Shown here: positions 7,226 through 17,254 of the stretch, in pieces
How the letters are laid out: the number at the start of each line of letters is the position of its first letter
How positions within the stretch are numbered: the first letter of the stretch is position 1
Source: an uncultured Clostridia bacterium
GTDB taxonomy: Bacteria; Bacillota; Clostridia; Christensenellales; UBA1242
Reading direction: 5' to 3'
Assembly: GCA_944372365.1 (NCBI GenBank)
Contig: CALVYP010000001.1
Coordinates: 85,279-149,278 of the forward strand
DNA length: 64,000 nucleotides
The notes under the pieces: generated by a model
Told to the model about the DNA's origin: nothing
The model's database searches: none
The model's input: only the letters and a program-made list of their open reading frames with translations
Program-made: the position numbers and the translations under genes

Positions 7226-8053
7226 TTAAACCTTGGCTTTATTTTTATTAAACTTCACTTCTATTGCAAGCACGCCGTCATTTATATCCTCTGGCGAATA
7301 ATATTTTTGCATATCTTGTGGCGAGGCCTCTTCATCGGCTTTATAGCCCAAGTATTTTTTATCATAATTTTTGTAAAGTTCGTCAAAACTATCAAACTTC
7401 TTGATGGCCGTTATTGTTGCCTTAAAAAATTTGCTTTCATCTTCTTGGTTTTTAAACAAGATGTGGTCGCCTTTTAAAAGCGTTTTTCGCTTTTCATCAT
7501 TTGCGCGCATTTCCACCCTTTTATCACCACTCACAAAACCCTCATATGCGCTTGGGCTGAGTTTCATCTCCACAGTTTTAGGAAGTGGCTTAGAGTTGAT
7601 GCTTTTTCTAAACACGAAAAACCTCTGCCACAAAAATTCGGTAACAAAGTTAATCACCATCATGATGAAAGTAACAAGTGTTCCATTCCAACCAATGTTT
7701 TCAAGCGCATCACCACCGAACACCGAAATTGGAATGAAGGCGGCATAATACAGCAGCGTCCAAGCCATGGCGATTGGCACATTGTTTGCCGATTTAAAAG
7801 TAAACTTGCGGTTGAAAGTGAAATTCCAAACCACCGACAAAATTATTGAGATTAAATAACTTGGCCACCACAGCCAGTGAATTACATCATATAACAGCGT
7901 GAAAGAAATAATTTGAATAACGCCCGCCGAAATTGAAAATCCCAAAAATGTAAGCGCCCTAAAAATTTCTTCCTTATTTAACTTTTTTGTTTTTTGCTGA
8001 GAAGCAGTTTGCGCCTCGCCCTGCACATTATTTTCTTTTTTCATAAAACCCAT
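7226..8053 (-). CDS. GtrA-like membrane domain fused to a C-terminal ASCH domain
   Basis: The N-terminal 4-TM part contains VVWNFTFNRKFTFKS (GtrA signature). The C-terminal part, MKLSPSAYEGFVSGDKRVEMRANDEKRKTLLKGDHILF, resembles ASCH domains. Confidence 0.6.
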   Translation of the reverse strand: MGFMKKENNVQGEAQTASQQKTKKLNKEEIFRALTFLGFSISAGVIQIISFTLLYDVIHWLWWPSYLISIILSVVWNFTFNRKFTFKSANNVPIAMAWTLLYYAAFIPISVFGGDALENIGWNGTLVTFIMMVINFVTEFLWQRFFVFRKSINSKPLPKTVEMKLSPSAYEGFVSGDKRVEMRANDEKRKTLLKGDHILFKNQEDESKFFKATITAIKKFDSFDELYKNYDKKYLGYKADEEASPQDMQKYYSPEDINDGVLAIEVKFNKNKAKV

Positions 8054-8105
8054 TATATCATAAAATTAGCAAAAGTTATGATAAATTTTGGGCATTTTAT
8101 TTTAA

Positions 8106-8594
8106 TTATTCCCCTGCAACAAACTTTGTTCCATCTGCCACTTTTATTATGTAAACCTGCGCTTCGGCGTCCTGCGTCCAAGTCACTTTTACTTCCAGCT
8201 GACGATTGTTTTCGCTGACAACTGGCGTAAGCACAAAGCAGTTCATCACCTGCCCATACACAGTTTGCATAAATCCGCCGCCGGTTATCTCTTCGCCTTG
8301 AAAATTGAGCTTGGCTTTGCTGTAATCCGTCACTTCGCAAGGCGCATAAATTTTAAAACCAATGCGATTTCCAGCCACTTGCCCAAGCCCCGCTTGTGCG
8401 GAATAATAAGCAATGGCTTCACCTTCGCCACCAAAAGTTGCGGTGTGCGTGGCTTCATCATATACAAAAGTCAAATTGCCGCCCGTAAGAGCACTGTCGC
8501 GCTCTACTTTTCCGTAGGAATATTCTTTGCCACAGCCAGCAAAGATAACGCAAAACGCCAAAATTAAACATAAAAATGTGATGCGACTTTTCAT
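8106..8594 (-). CDS. lipoprotein (hypothetical)
   Basis: The internal ATG at 8594 is preceded by GGAGAA. Signal peptide MKSRITFLCLILAFCVIFAGC has a lipobox (FAGC). The longer ORF to 8702 overlaps the divergent promoter region. Confidence 0.65.
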   Translation of the reverse strand: MKSRITFLCLILAFCVIFAGCGKEYSYGKVERDSALTGGNLTFVYDEATHTATFGGEGEAIAYYSAQAGLGQVAGNRIGFKIYAPCEVTDYSKAKLNFQGEEITGGGFMQTVYGQVMNCFVLTPVVSENNRQLEVKVTWTQDAEAQVYIIKVADGTKFVAGE

Positions 8595-8690
8595 ATTTTC
8601 TCCACTTATAGCATGCGTAAAACTCGTTAAAATATGCGCCAAGACAGCAAACTTGTCCTTTTTTTGAAAGCTTGAGCATATCATGTTGAT

Positions 8691-10112
8691 GTGAAAAAAC
8701 AAAACTCTTCACTTGCGTTTAAAAACAAATTGTTCTATGGCGTTGGCGGATTGGGATACAACAGTTTGGGGCAAACCATAGGCTCTTTTTTGATGTTTTT
8801 TTGCACATCAGTTATGGGGCTGTCTGGCACTTTGGTTGGGCTTGCCATTGGCATATCATCTCTTTGGGACGGCATAAGCGATCCGCTTGTTGGAAACATA
8901 AGCGATCATGCAAAAAACGGCAGGTTTGGCAAACGCTTAAAGTTTATGGTTGTTGCCGTGTTTTTGATTGCTGTGTGCAATGTGCTTTTGTGGAGCATGC
9001 CAAAAAGCTCGCAAGGCGTGATGTTTTGTTGGCTGCTTGTTTTTTTGCTTTTGCTTGAAACTTGCAACACCTTTTGGTCGACGCCATATTCCGCTCTGGC
9101 GCTGGACATAGCACCAGATTACAACGAGCAAAGCAAAATTCAATCATATAAAACCGCGTTCAACATAATTGGCATGATTTTGCCAAGTATATTGATGTTT
9201 TTGATAATCCCATCACTTTCTCTTGGCAGCGACGCCGCTCAGGCCAACCAAGCCGGATTTATAAAAATTGCTTTAATCAACTCGGCGCTGGTTATTGTTT
9301 TTGGGCTTATAACTGTTTTTGGAAGTTTAAGCCGCGTAAAAAATGTGAGATATTCTGCCTCCGCAAACCAAAAGCACAGCTTAAAACAGCTTATGCTTGG
9401 TTATTTTGAGGTTTTTAAAAATTCATCGTTTGCATGCGTGATTTTGGGCTATTCTATCGCACAAATTGCTTCGTCATTTTTAACTTCGGTTGGAATGCAT
9501 CTGTTCACATACTGCTATCATTTTTCATCCGCGCAAATTTCGCTGCTGCTGATTTTGCTGTTTGCTGCGGCGATAATATCTCAACCATTTTGGGTGAGCC
9601 TATCCAAGCGCATAGATAAAAAAGGCGCACTTATCTGCTCGCTGAGTTTGATTTTGCTGGGCATAGGGCTTACGCTTATTTCCTTTCTCTTCCGTCAATA
9701 TGTGCCAACGCAGTTTATATACTATTTTGTCATGCTCTGCATTTTTGTTTGCGGGTTTGGCATTGGCGCAATGCAATCTCTGCCAATATCCATGTATGCC
9801 GATGTCATCACTTTGCAGCAATATAAAAGCGGCGTAAACAAAACCGGCGCATACCTAGGATACTATTCCTTCACCTACAACCTTTCAAATTCAATCTCTC
9901 TGCTTTTGATTGGGATTTTGTTGGATGCAATCAAGTTTGATTCATCACAGCCAATTCAAGCGTTGAGTGTGCAAAGTGGGCTTGGGGTTATTGTGTTTTG
10001 CGGCTGTTCAATTGCTCTTGCACTTTCAATTTTAATTTTTTCAAGATATAAAATTAAAAGAGCTGATGTTTTAAAAGCGCAAATGAAACTTGACGAACAG
10101 CAAAAAGACTGA
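8691..10112 (+). CDS. MFS transporter, glycoside-pentoside-hexuronide (GPH):cation symporter-like
   Basis: 12-TM protein. The N-terminus KLFYGVGGLGYNSLGQTIGSFLMFFCT..GISSLWDGISDPLVGNISDH is typical of the MelB/YicJ family. GTG start with no clear SD. Confidence 0.7.
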   Translation: MKKQNSSLAFKNKLFYGVGGLGYNSLGQTIGSFLMFFCTSVMGLSGTLVGLAIGISSLWDGISDPLVGNISDHAKNGRFGKRLKFMVVAVFLIAVCNVLLWSMPKSSQGVMFCWLLVFLLLLETCNTFWSTPYSALALDIAPDYNEQSKIQSYKTAFNIIGMILPSILMFLIIPSLSLGSDAAQANQAGFIKIALINSALVIVFGLITVFGSLSRVKNVRYSASANQKHSLKQLMLGYFEVFKNSSFACVILGYSIAQIASSFLTSVGMHLFTYCYHFSSAQISLLLILLFAAAIISQPFWVSLSKRIDKKGALICSLSLILLGIGLTLISFLFRQYVPTQFIYYFVMLCIFVCGFGIGAMQSLPISMYADVITLQQYKSGVNKTGAYLGYYSFTYNLSNSISLLLIGILLDAIKFDSSQPIQALSVQSGLGVIVFCGCSIALALSILIFSRYKIKRADVLKAQMKLDEQQKD

Positions 10113-10213
10113 CACCAAAAAATTATTGAAAATGCTTCAATGCATTGAATATTCGCGCGCATTTTTGTTTGTTTTGCAAAATTCAGCAAAAAACCAAGCT
10201 GCTGGGCTTGGTT

Positions 10214-12451
10214 TTAATTAAAAAGTTCGCTTATTGTTTTTTGTTGTGTAATCAATAAATCGGCAAGCAGCGTGAACCTTTTTACTGTGTAGGCGTTTGC
10301 CACCATGCGTTTAAGATTTTTGCTTTCGCCAACAAGCACAACCATTTTTTTGGCACGAGTAACAGCCGTGTAAATTAAATTTCGCGTTAAAATTAAACTT
10401 GTGCCTGAAATTATTGGAATAACCACAACATCAAACTCCGAGCCTTGCGATTTGTGAATTGTGATTGCATACGCAAGTGAAAGCTCGCCAACATCTGCTC
10501 GCGAATAGGTGCAGCGCCTGCCATCTTCAAACATCACCGTGGTTTCACCTGTTTGAAAATCTATGCTCTCAATCTGCCCTATATCGCCATTGAAAACGCC
10601 CTCGCCTTCTTCATCTAAAAATCCATTGCGTCTATGCCAAACAAGATTGTAATCGTTGGAAGTTTGCATAACCTTGTCGCCTTCACGGAAAATGGTTGCA
10701 CCAACCACAATTTCCATTTTGCGTTGAGATGGCGGGTTTAAAATTTGCTGCAAGGTGCGGTTTAGGTTGTCTATGCCGCAAACGCCTGCTTTAAGTGGTG
10801 CAAGCACTTGAATTTGCATAGGGTCAATCTTGGTAAAAGAAGGTATGCGTGTGGTAACCATGTCAATAATCGACTTATGAATATCGTTTAAGTCCTGTTT
10901 TTGTTCAAAGAAAAAGTCGGCGGATTTGTTGTCTATAACCGGCATGCTTCCACTGTTAATTAAATGCGCATTGGATATTATCAAGCTTTGATCGCTTTGC
11001 CTATAAATTTTTGTAAGCATGGTTACCGGAAAAATTTTGCTTTTCAAAATATCGCCAAGCACATTTCCAGCGCCAACGCTTGGAAGCTGATCCTTGTCAC
11101 CAACAAGCACCAGCCTTGCGTCACGCGGCATAGCTTTAAGCAGACTGCACATAAGCATCACATCCACCATGCTGACTTCGTCAACGATCACCGCATTAAC
11201 CTTTAGGGTGTTGTTTTCATTATGCACAAACCTGCTTGCACCAGAAGCAAACTCGCCATTGACTTCAAGCGCACGATGTATGGTTTTGGCCTCCGCCCCT
11301 GTGCTGTCAGACAGCCGTTTTGCGGCTCTGCCTGTTGGAGCAAGCAAAAGCACTTCTTCGCCGTTTTGTTTTAAAATTTCAATTATGCATTTAACAATTG
11401 TGGTTTTGCCAGTTCCCGGCCCGCCGGTTATAACCGACACGCCATAGTTTACTGCCTGTTCTATCGCCTTTTTTTGATCATCGTGGAAAGACATTTTGTT
11501 TCTTAGCTCAAAATCTGCCACTTCGCGCGAGATATCCAACTTCTTCTCTTGCACCGAGTTGTTTAGCAGGCAAAGTTTTTGCGCTATGGTGTATTCATAT
11601 CGATAATACTTTGTAAGCATGACAATTTCATGCCCTTCATGCCAAAAATCCATGCAGCTTTTGTCTGCCGTCAACCCGTCAAGCGCACTGGCAAAAACTT
11701 CTTGATGTTCAAGTTCGTCAAGCTGCAAAAGTTGCGCGGTTTGCGTAAAAAGCATGCCTTTTGGCAAAAATGTGTTTCCGTTTTTTTCGGTGGCAGTGTT
11801 TAAAATATGCACAAGTGCAGCGCGTATTCTAAACTCGCTGGCTTTTGGTATGCCAAGATTGTTAGCAATTCGATCGGCTGTTAAAAAACCTATGCCGTCA
11901 ACATCTTCAACAAGTTTATATGGATTGCGTTTGACAATTTCAATGGTTTTTGCCCCGTATGCTTCAAAAATTTTTAGTGCCATGTTGACGGTTATGTTAT
12001 ATTCCTGCAAAAACATCACAGCATTTTGTATGTTTTTAAGTTCGTTAAACTTGCTTGAAATTTCAAACGCTTTGTTTTTGCTTATACCCTTAACTTCGCT
12101 CAGCCTTTCTGGCGCCATCTCAATTATTGCAAAGGTATCTTTGCCAAATGCTGAAACAATGTTTTTTGCAGTGACTGGCCCAACACCTTTGATCAGCCCC
12201 GAGCTTAAAAACTTTTCAATTCCGCCCAATGTCTTTGGCAAAACCACTTCATATGATGAAAACGCAAATTGATAGCCGAATTTTTTATTGTTTACAAACT
12301 CGCCTTCCAAACTTAAATTTTCGCCCACATTTGCACTGATAAGTTTGCCAACCACGGTTACAGGCGTGTCGTTGTATGACAAAATGCCAACCGTATAGCC
12401 GTTGTCTTCGTTGCGAAATATAACTTCTTCCAAAGCGCCTTGAATGATCAT
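10214..12451 (-). CDS. recD2: ATP-dependent RecD-like DNA helicase (RecD2, SF1B)
   Basis: 745 aa. Has HhH-type GVGPVTAKNI, Walker A GGPGTGKTT, a Walker B-like DEVSMVD motif, and C-terminal YAITIHKSQGSEF. Confidence 0.9.
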   Translation of the reverse strand: MIIQGALEEVIFRNEDNGYTVGILSYNDTPVTVVGKLISANVGENLSLEGEFVNNKKFGYQFAFSSYEVVLPKTLGGIEKFLSSGLIKGVGPVTAKNIVSAFGKDTFAIIEMAPERLSEVKGISKNKAFEISSKFNELKNIQNAVMFLQEYNITVNMALKIFEAYGAKTIEIVKRNPYKLVEDVDGIGFLTADRIANNLGIPKASEFRIRAALVHILNTATEKNGNTFLPKGMLFTQTAQLLQLDELEHQEVFASALDGLTADKSCMDFWHEGHEIVMLTKYYRYEYTIAQKLCLLNNSVQEKKLDISREVADFELRNKMSFHDDQKKAIEQAVNYGVSVITGGPGTGKTTIVKCIIEILKQNGEEVLLLAPTGRAAKRLSDSTGAEAKTIHRALEVNGEFASGASRFVHNENNTLKVNAVIVDEVSMVDVMLMCSLLKAMPRDARLVLVGDKDQLPSVGAGNVLGDILKSKIFPVTMLTKIYRQSDQSLIISNAHLINSGSMPVIDNKSADFFFEQKQDLNDIHKSIIDMVTTRIPSFTKIDPMQIQVLAPLKAGVCGIDNLNRTLQQILNPPSQRKMEIVVGATIFREGDKVMQTSNDYNLVWHRRNGFLDEEGEGVFNGDIGQIESIDFQTGETTVMFEDGRRCTYSRADVGELSLAYAITIHKSQGSEFDVVVIPIISGTSLILTRNLIYTAVTRAKKMVVLVGESKNLKRMVANAYTVKRFTLLADLLITQQKTISELFN

Positions 12452-12535
12452 GCTTAAATTTTATCACCTAGCGAAAAGAAAAACAAGCAAAACACTTGCT
12501 TAGTGTAAAAAAAAGGGTTATAATAACTTTTAGTT

Positions 12536-12919
12536 ATGAAAATATCACAAAAACTTATCGAAATTGAATCGCTTATTGAAAATATTTTAAAAAAGCATGC
12601 AACAGGCGGGCTTTTAAAATATAAGGTTCTTTCATTCGCCGATCAATATGAAAACCTTTCTGTAAGCATGATCATTGAAAAACTTGGCATAAAAAAATCT
12701 AATTTTGCCTTGCTTTCTGCCGAGCTTGAAAAAGATGGTTTGGTTGAAATCAAACACGCCGAAATTGACAGGCGCTGTCGGTTTTTAAAGCTAACTGCAA
12801 AAGGCAGAAAGGTTTTAGAAGATTATTTATCATCGCTTGAAGACTGTTTTTCCATGATGGATATTGACACTGAAACCGCAATAAACATATTAAATAACTA
12901 TCTAAATAAAAGGATTTAA
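12536..12919 (+). CDS. MarR-family transcriptional regulator
   Basis: 127 aa with a winged-helix pattern SMIIEKLGIKKSNFALLSAELEKDGLVEIKHAEIDRRCRFLKLTAKG. Its stop is 2 nt before the cysS start. Confidence 0.7.
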   Translation: MKISQKLIEIESLIENILKKHATGGLLKYKVLSFADQYENLSVSMIIEKLGIKKSNFALLSAELEKDGLVEIKHAEIDRRCRFLKLTAKGRKVLEDYLSSLEDCFSMMDIDTETAINILNNYLNKRI

Positions 12920-12921
12920 GC

Positions 12922-14280
12922 ATGAAAATTTTTAATTCTTTAACAAGACAAAAACAAGATTTGGTTACTCATGACGAAGGCTTGGTGCGTATGTATTCTT
13001 GCGGGCCAACCGTTTATTCCTATCCGCACATTGGAAATATGCGCGCATACTTGTTTATGGACGCTCTCAGGCGCACTTTAAAATACAACGGCTACAAAAT
13101 TGACGGAGTGATGAACATCACCGACGTTGGGCATATGACAAGCGATGAGGATGAAGGCGAAGACAAAATGCTTGTGGCTTCCAAGCGCGAACATAAATCA
13201 CCTTGGGAAGTTGCAAAATACTACACCGACATCTTTATCAGCGAAACCAAACGCCTTAACATCGACATGCCAGAACACATCTGCCCTGCAACAAGCGTTA
13301 TGCCAGAAATTATTGTGTTTGTTAAAAAACTTATCGAAAACGGCAACGCGTATGAAACAAGCAAAGGCATATATTTCGACATCGCCACATTCGCCGGCTA
13401 TGGCAAGCTTGGCGGAGTTGGGCTTGAAAACAAATTGGCAGGCGCAAGAATCGACATTGATAAAGAAAAACGCCACCCTGCTGACTTCGCACTTTGGATT
13501 AAAGCACCAAAGCAACACATCATGCAGTGGGATAGCCCTTGGGGCAAAGGCTACCCTGGCTGGCACATCGAGTGCAGCACGATTGGGATAAAATATCTTG
13601 GCGAATACATTGACATTCACACCGGCGGCGTGGAGCACAGGCCAGTGCATCACGAAAACGAAATCGCACAGGATGATGCATACGCAGGCCATCAGGTTGT
13701 AAGCAACTGGATGCACCTTGAACATCTTTTGGTAGACGGCGGCAAAATGAGCAAAAGTTTGGGCAATGTTTACAAACTTGACGACCTTGTTGCAAAAGGT
13801 TTTTCGCCAGAAGATTATCGCTACTTCTTCTTCACCACTCACTATGCAAAACAACAAAATTTCACTTGGGAAGGCTTAGAAAGCGCAAAAAATGCTTTAA
13901 AAAGCATGAAAAACATATTAAAAGAGCATAAAGAAAGCACTGACAACACAAAAGTTAAGATAGATAAGGCAGAAAAAGATTTCCTTGAAGCAATCAATGA
14001 TGACCTAAACCTTCCAAAAGCACTTGGCATTGTTTGGACGCTTTTAAAGATGCCGCGTGATAGAAAAATATATGATGCGATTATAAAATTCAACCAAATT
14101 TTTGGCTTTGATTTTGAAGGCGACATAATTCCAACCGAAGTGCAAGAACTTGCAAAACAACGCTGGCAGGCCAAACAAAATCGTGACTTTGCCACAGCTG
14201 ACGAACTTAGAAACAAAATTTCACAGTTAGGTTTCAGCGTCAAAGACACCAAAGACGGATATGAAATTGTGAAAAATTAA
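12922..14280 (+). CDS. cysS: cysteine--tRNA ligase
   Basis: HIGN (YPHIGNMRAY) and KMSKS motifs. Length 452 aa. Confidence 0.95.
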   Translation: MKIFNSLTRQKQDLVTHDEGLVRMYSCGPTVYSYPHIGNMRAYLFMDALRRTLKYNGYKIDGVMNITDVGHMTSDEDEGEDKMLVASKREHKSPWEVAKYYTDIFISETKRLNIDMPEHICPATSVMPEIIVFVKKLIENGNAYETSKGIYFDIATFAGYGKLGGVGLENKLAGARIDIDKEKRHPADFALWIKAPKQHIMQWDSPWGKGYPGWHIECSTIGIKYLGEYIDIHTGGVEHRPVHHENEIAQDDAYAGHQVVSNWMHLEHLLVDGGKMSKSLGNVYKLDDLVAKGFSPEDYRYFFFTTHYAKQQNFTWEGLESAKNALKSMKNILKEHKESTDNTKVKIDKAEKDFLEAINDDLNLPKALGIVWTLLKMPRDRKIYDAIIKFNQIFGFDFEGDIIPTEVQELAKQRWQAKQNRDFATADELRNKISQLGFSVKDTKDGYEIVKN

Positions 14281-14281
14281 A

Positions 14282-14310
14282 AGTAAATCCACTTGGATTT
14301 ACTTTTTTTT
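14282..14310 (+). terminator. rho-independent terminator after cysS
   Basis: AGTAAATCC-actt-GGATTTACT followed by T7-8. Confidence 0.8.
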
Positions 14311-14328
14311 ATGTTTTTTTATTAAATT

Positions 14329-14964
14329 TTACAGACTTTTTATGATTTTTCTTACTTCATCTAACATTTTGGCAATCAACTTGCCGTCGATCGCCGCGTG
14401 ATTTACTTGAAGAGAAACATTCACCCACTTCTCACCTTTTGAGTTTGTTTTGATTTTATCAAAGCTAATATGAGGCACAAAGCTGTTTTTTTGAACATCT
14501 TGCGGATAAGTTATATGAGTGAACTCAAACCATGGCGCACATGAAATGTATGCGATTGTTTGACTCTTTCTTGCTCCCGCTGGCAACGGCTCCATAAACT
14601 GCGTTTGCTTTTGCAATTTGCTTTTAAGTTGCTTGCAAAATTTTTCGATGCCCGGATGATACTTGCTAAACACAATTTTAAAAACTTCTTCATCATCTTT
14701 GATTGCGCAAACGTTGGCATACACGCCGTCTTCAATCACAATTTTGCCGTTGATCGAGCGTATCATAAACTCTTCATACTTTAAAAGCGCCGTGTAAAAC
14801 ACATGGCACAGGCAAAAATAAAACGACAATCCTTTTGACTTTGCAAATTTGTAGACATTTGACACTTCAATCGGCGTGCAAAGTGAAATTTGCGGAATGT
14901 CATATTGATAATATAAATTAAAAATATCTCTACGATTCCATGTTTCCAAATCTAATTCTTTCAT
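14329..14964 (-). CDS. chloramphenicol-acetyltransferase-like (CAT family) protein
   Basis: ATG at 14964 with a GGAGAG SD. ETWNRRDIFNLYY at the N-terminus and VNHAAIDG in place of the classical HHAVCDG, with the catalytic His retained. Confidence 0.7.
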   Translation of the reverse strand: MKELDLETWNRRDIFNLYYQYDIPQISLCTPIEVSNVYKFAKSKGLSFYFCLCHVFYTALLKYEEFMIRSINGKIVIEDGVYANVCAIKDDEEVFKIVFSKYHPGIEKFCKQLKSKLQKQTQFMEPLPAGARKSQTIAYISCAPWFEFTHITYPQDVQKNSFVPHISFDKIKTNSKGEKWVNVSLQVNHAAIDGKLIAKMLDEVRKIIKSL

Positions 14965-14999
14965 GTTCTCTCTCCTGCAAATTGAATTTTTGCAATTAT

Positions 15000-15389
15000 T
15001 AAACATTCCGCTCGCTTGCAAAACCTGCTTCGGATGGCAGGTGCGGCGGCGTCACAAACGGCGCTTTTGGCAATTTGCTACTCGCAAATGTCCGCTGTCG
15101 CTTGTTTGTTCCTTTTCCCATGAAATTGTAAACAATTTCACGGGGACCCGTTTTTGTCGACTTGCGTCTGGCCGCGAGAAGAAAATTTCCAGCGTCAAGG
15201 CGCATAATTTTGTAAACATTCCGCTTGCTTACAAAACCCGCTTCGGATGGCAGGTGCGGCGGCGTCACAAACGGCGCTCTTGGCAATTTGCTACTCGCAA
15301 ATATGCCGCTATCGCTTGTTTGTTCCTTTTCCCATGAAATTGTAAACAATTTCACGGGGACCCGTTTATGTCGACTTGCGTCTGGCCGC
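15000..15389. repeat. ~213-bp tandem direct repeat, two copies, noncoding
   Basis: Copy 1 is 15000..15212 and copy 2 starts at 15213; they are more than 90% identical by eye. A further exact 28-mer, GGCCGCGAGAAGAAAATTTCCAGCGTCA, occurs at 15170..15197 and 15523..15550. Confidence 0.9.
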
Positions 15390-15606
15390 ATAAACAAAAA
15401 TTGCGCCTGTCCGCGCGAACTAACGAAAAGAAAGTGAGCTTTCAAGGCGACTTTGTTATATTCTTCAACGCTCCCACTTTCAAGTCGCGGCAAAATCGCC
15501 AGCGCAAGTGCGATTTTCGTTTGGCCGCGAGAAGAAAATTTCCAGCGTCAGAGCGCAGCTTTTCGGGCAAAGCCCGAAAACAAGCAAACAGCGCAGAAAT
15601 TTTCTC

Positions 15607-15688
15607 TGGTGCGGCTGAGAGGACTTGAACCTCCACGGTTGCCCACTGGAACCTAAATCCAGCGCGTCTGCCATTCCGCCACAGCCGC
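15607..15688 (-). tRNA. tRNA-Leu (anticodon TAG)
   Basis: Minus strand: GCGGCTG acceptor, anticodon arm CTGGA-TTTAGGT-TCCAG, long variable arm, T-arm GGAGG-TTCAAGT-CCTCT, encoded CCA. Promoter TTGAAA-N18-(TGc)TATAAT at 15749..15778. Confidence 0.9.
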
Positions 15689-15833
15689 ATGTTTATTAAA
15701 CTTAATGCCTTTTGCTCAACGCTATTTTCAAGCCACGCCACATGGCTTATTATAGCATAAAAGTTGAAATGTTTTCAACAATTTTTTTGTGCATTTAATT
15801 ATAAAAATACTAGTCAAAATAATCTCTGCGCAA

Positions 15834-17156
15834 CTATTTTTCATTGTTTATGCTTTCATCTGCTATAAGTTGCACTTTGTCGGCTTCTGCTATTGGAAAG
15901 CCTATCTGTTCGCTTTCAGTTTGTTCTGCTTTTATTTTATCGCGGTTTGTTTGATTTAAATATTTAACATAAAAAACTAAAGCCGGCACGGCGATGCAAA
16001 TTGTTGCAACAAAACAAATTAAAAGAGCCCATCCTAGATTAAGTTTGTCGACTATGAAGCTTGCAATAAACGCAAATATTGCTCCTCCAAGATTTTCAGC
16101 GATAAAGTAATAGCTAAACATTTTCTCTAATGCCAGCCCATCAAAACAATGCGTCATTGTGCTTTTCATACTTATCCTATATGGATTTCTTGCCACATAC
16201 ATTATGCAAACAACGATTGAAACAATAATCAGTTTCGCCATAAATGACATGTCTATAAAATATGTAATACACATCAGCAAAACGCTTGTAAAAAACACAC
16301 CAATCAACACTGGCAAAAATTTTAATCCAAGTTTTTTCTCTGCGTGATGCATCAACAAATTAGCCGTTGCTGTAAACATTTTTGCAGCAAAATAAATCCA
16401 TCCTAATATAACTGAATCTGTGCCTATCTCCTGCAAAAAAGTTTTAGCACCGCTTTCAAACATTTCTGCTGCACCCCAAAAAGAAAACGCCAATATTATA
16501 ATAGCAATCACAAGTTTTTTGTATTTTCCAAATAAATTGATTTTAGGTTGTTTGTTTTCAATGTTGGGTTGTGACGAAACATAATTATCTTGCTTGTTTA
16601 TTTTAAAGAAAAATGTTGCGGCAAACGCCAAAACAAGCATCGCCATATAAATATAATAGGAAACAAACGGGTCAATTTGAAAAAAACATCCTGCCACAAC
16701 TGCACTTACAGCTTCAAAAACCCACCAAGCAGCAGTTGCCTTTCCTTCCAACTTAGAAGTCTGGTCTTTGTCATTGCCAATAATCACATCTAATAAAGAT
16801 GTTGTGTTGATTGATATGGAAAGATTGCCAATAGATTTAAAAATAACAAGCGCACACAACACATAGATATTGTTTGTCAACAAAAAGATTAAAATATATG
16901 CAAAAAAGCATAAAGTGCCTATACGCAATCTGTTTAAAATGGAAACCCTTTTGAATATAAAATTTAATGGCAACGCCAAAACAATTACAAAAAACAGGTC
17001 GATAGAAGTGATTAAAAACACTTGAGAAAAAGAAAAACCTTTCACCAAAGTTAAAAACATTGTTTCTAGTGTGTAATAAAACAACAAATCATAGGTGATG
17101 GTTTTAAAAAGTACATACAAAATTTTATTTCTTTTTTGGTCGTTTGCTTTATCCAT
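15834..17156 (-). CDS. MFS-type transporter (polytopic membrane protein)
   Basis: 440 aa with about 12 predicted TM segments and a hydrophilic C-terminal tail. Family-level call only. Confidence 0.55.
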   Translation of the reverse strand: MDKANDQKRNKILYVLFKTITYDLLFYYTLETMFLTLVKGFSFSQVFLITSIDLFFVIVLALPLNFIFKRVSILNRLRIGTLCFFAYILIFLLTNNIYVLCALVIFKSIGNLSISINTTSLLDVIIGNDKDQTSKLEGKATAAWWVFEAVSAVVAGCFFQIDPFVSYYIYMAMLVLAFAATFFFKINKQDNYVSSQPNIENKQPKINLFGKYKKLVIAIIILAFSFWGAAEMFESGAKTFLQEIGTDSVILGWIYFAAKMFTATANLLMHHAEKKLGLKFLPVLIGVFFTSVLLMCITYFIDMSFMAKLIIVSIVVCIMYVARNPYRISMKSTMTHCFDGLALEKMFSYYFIAENLGGAIFAFIASFIVDKLNLGWALLICFVATICIAVPALVFYVKYLNQTNRDKIKAEQTESEQIGFPIAEADKVQLIADESINNEK

Positions 17157-17254
17157 TTGTCTATTCTCTTCAATTTTTAATTATAATAAAAAAATAATAA
17201 TTTTGTCAAAATTACTTTATAAAAAATTATTGTTTTGTTATAATTTGATTATAA

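Noticed and set aside
10134-10147. A perfect 14-bp palindrome TTCAATGCATTGAA in the convergent gap after the GPH transporter gene.
   Set aside because: It is a single occurrence with no adjacent promoter. It could be a chance palindrome or part of 3' UTR structure, and I saw nothing linking it to a regulator.
14999-15493. A 164-aa minus-strand ORF, and overlapping plus-strand ORFs, with an internally repeated peptide (ASSKLP.APFVTPPHLPSEAGF).
   Set aside because: The peptide repeat is a by-product of translating the 213-bp tandem DNA repeat. There is no SD. The shorter ATG-initiated frame in copy 1 is interrupted by TAG in copy 2. Composition is unlike the coding regions in this window.
15000-15560. 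Possible CRISPR array.
   Set aside because: The repeat period is about 213 bp with only two and a half copies. There is no short repeat/spacer alternation and there are no cas genes.
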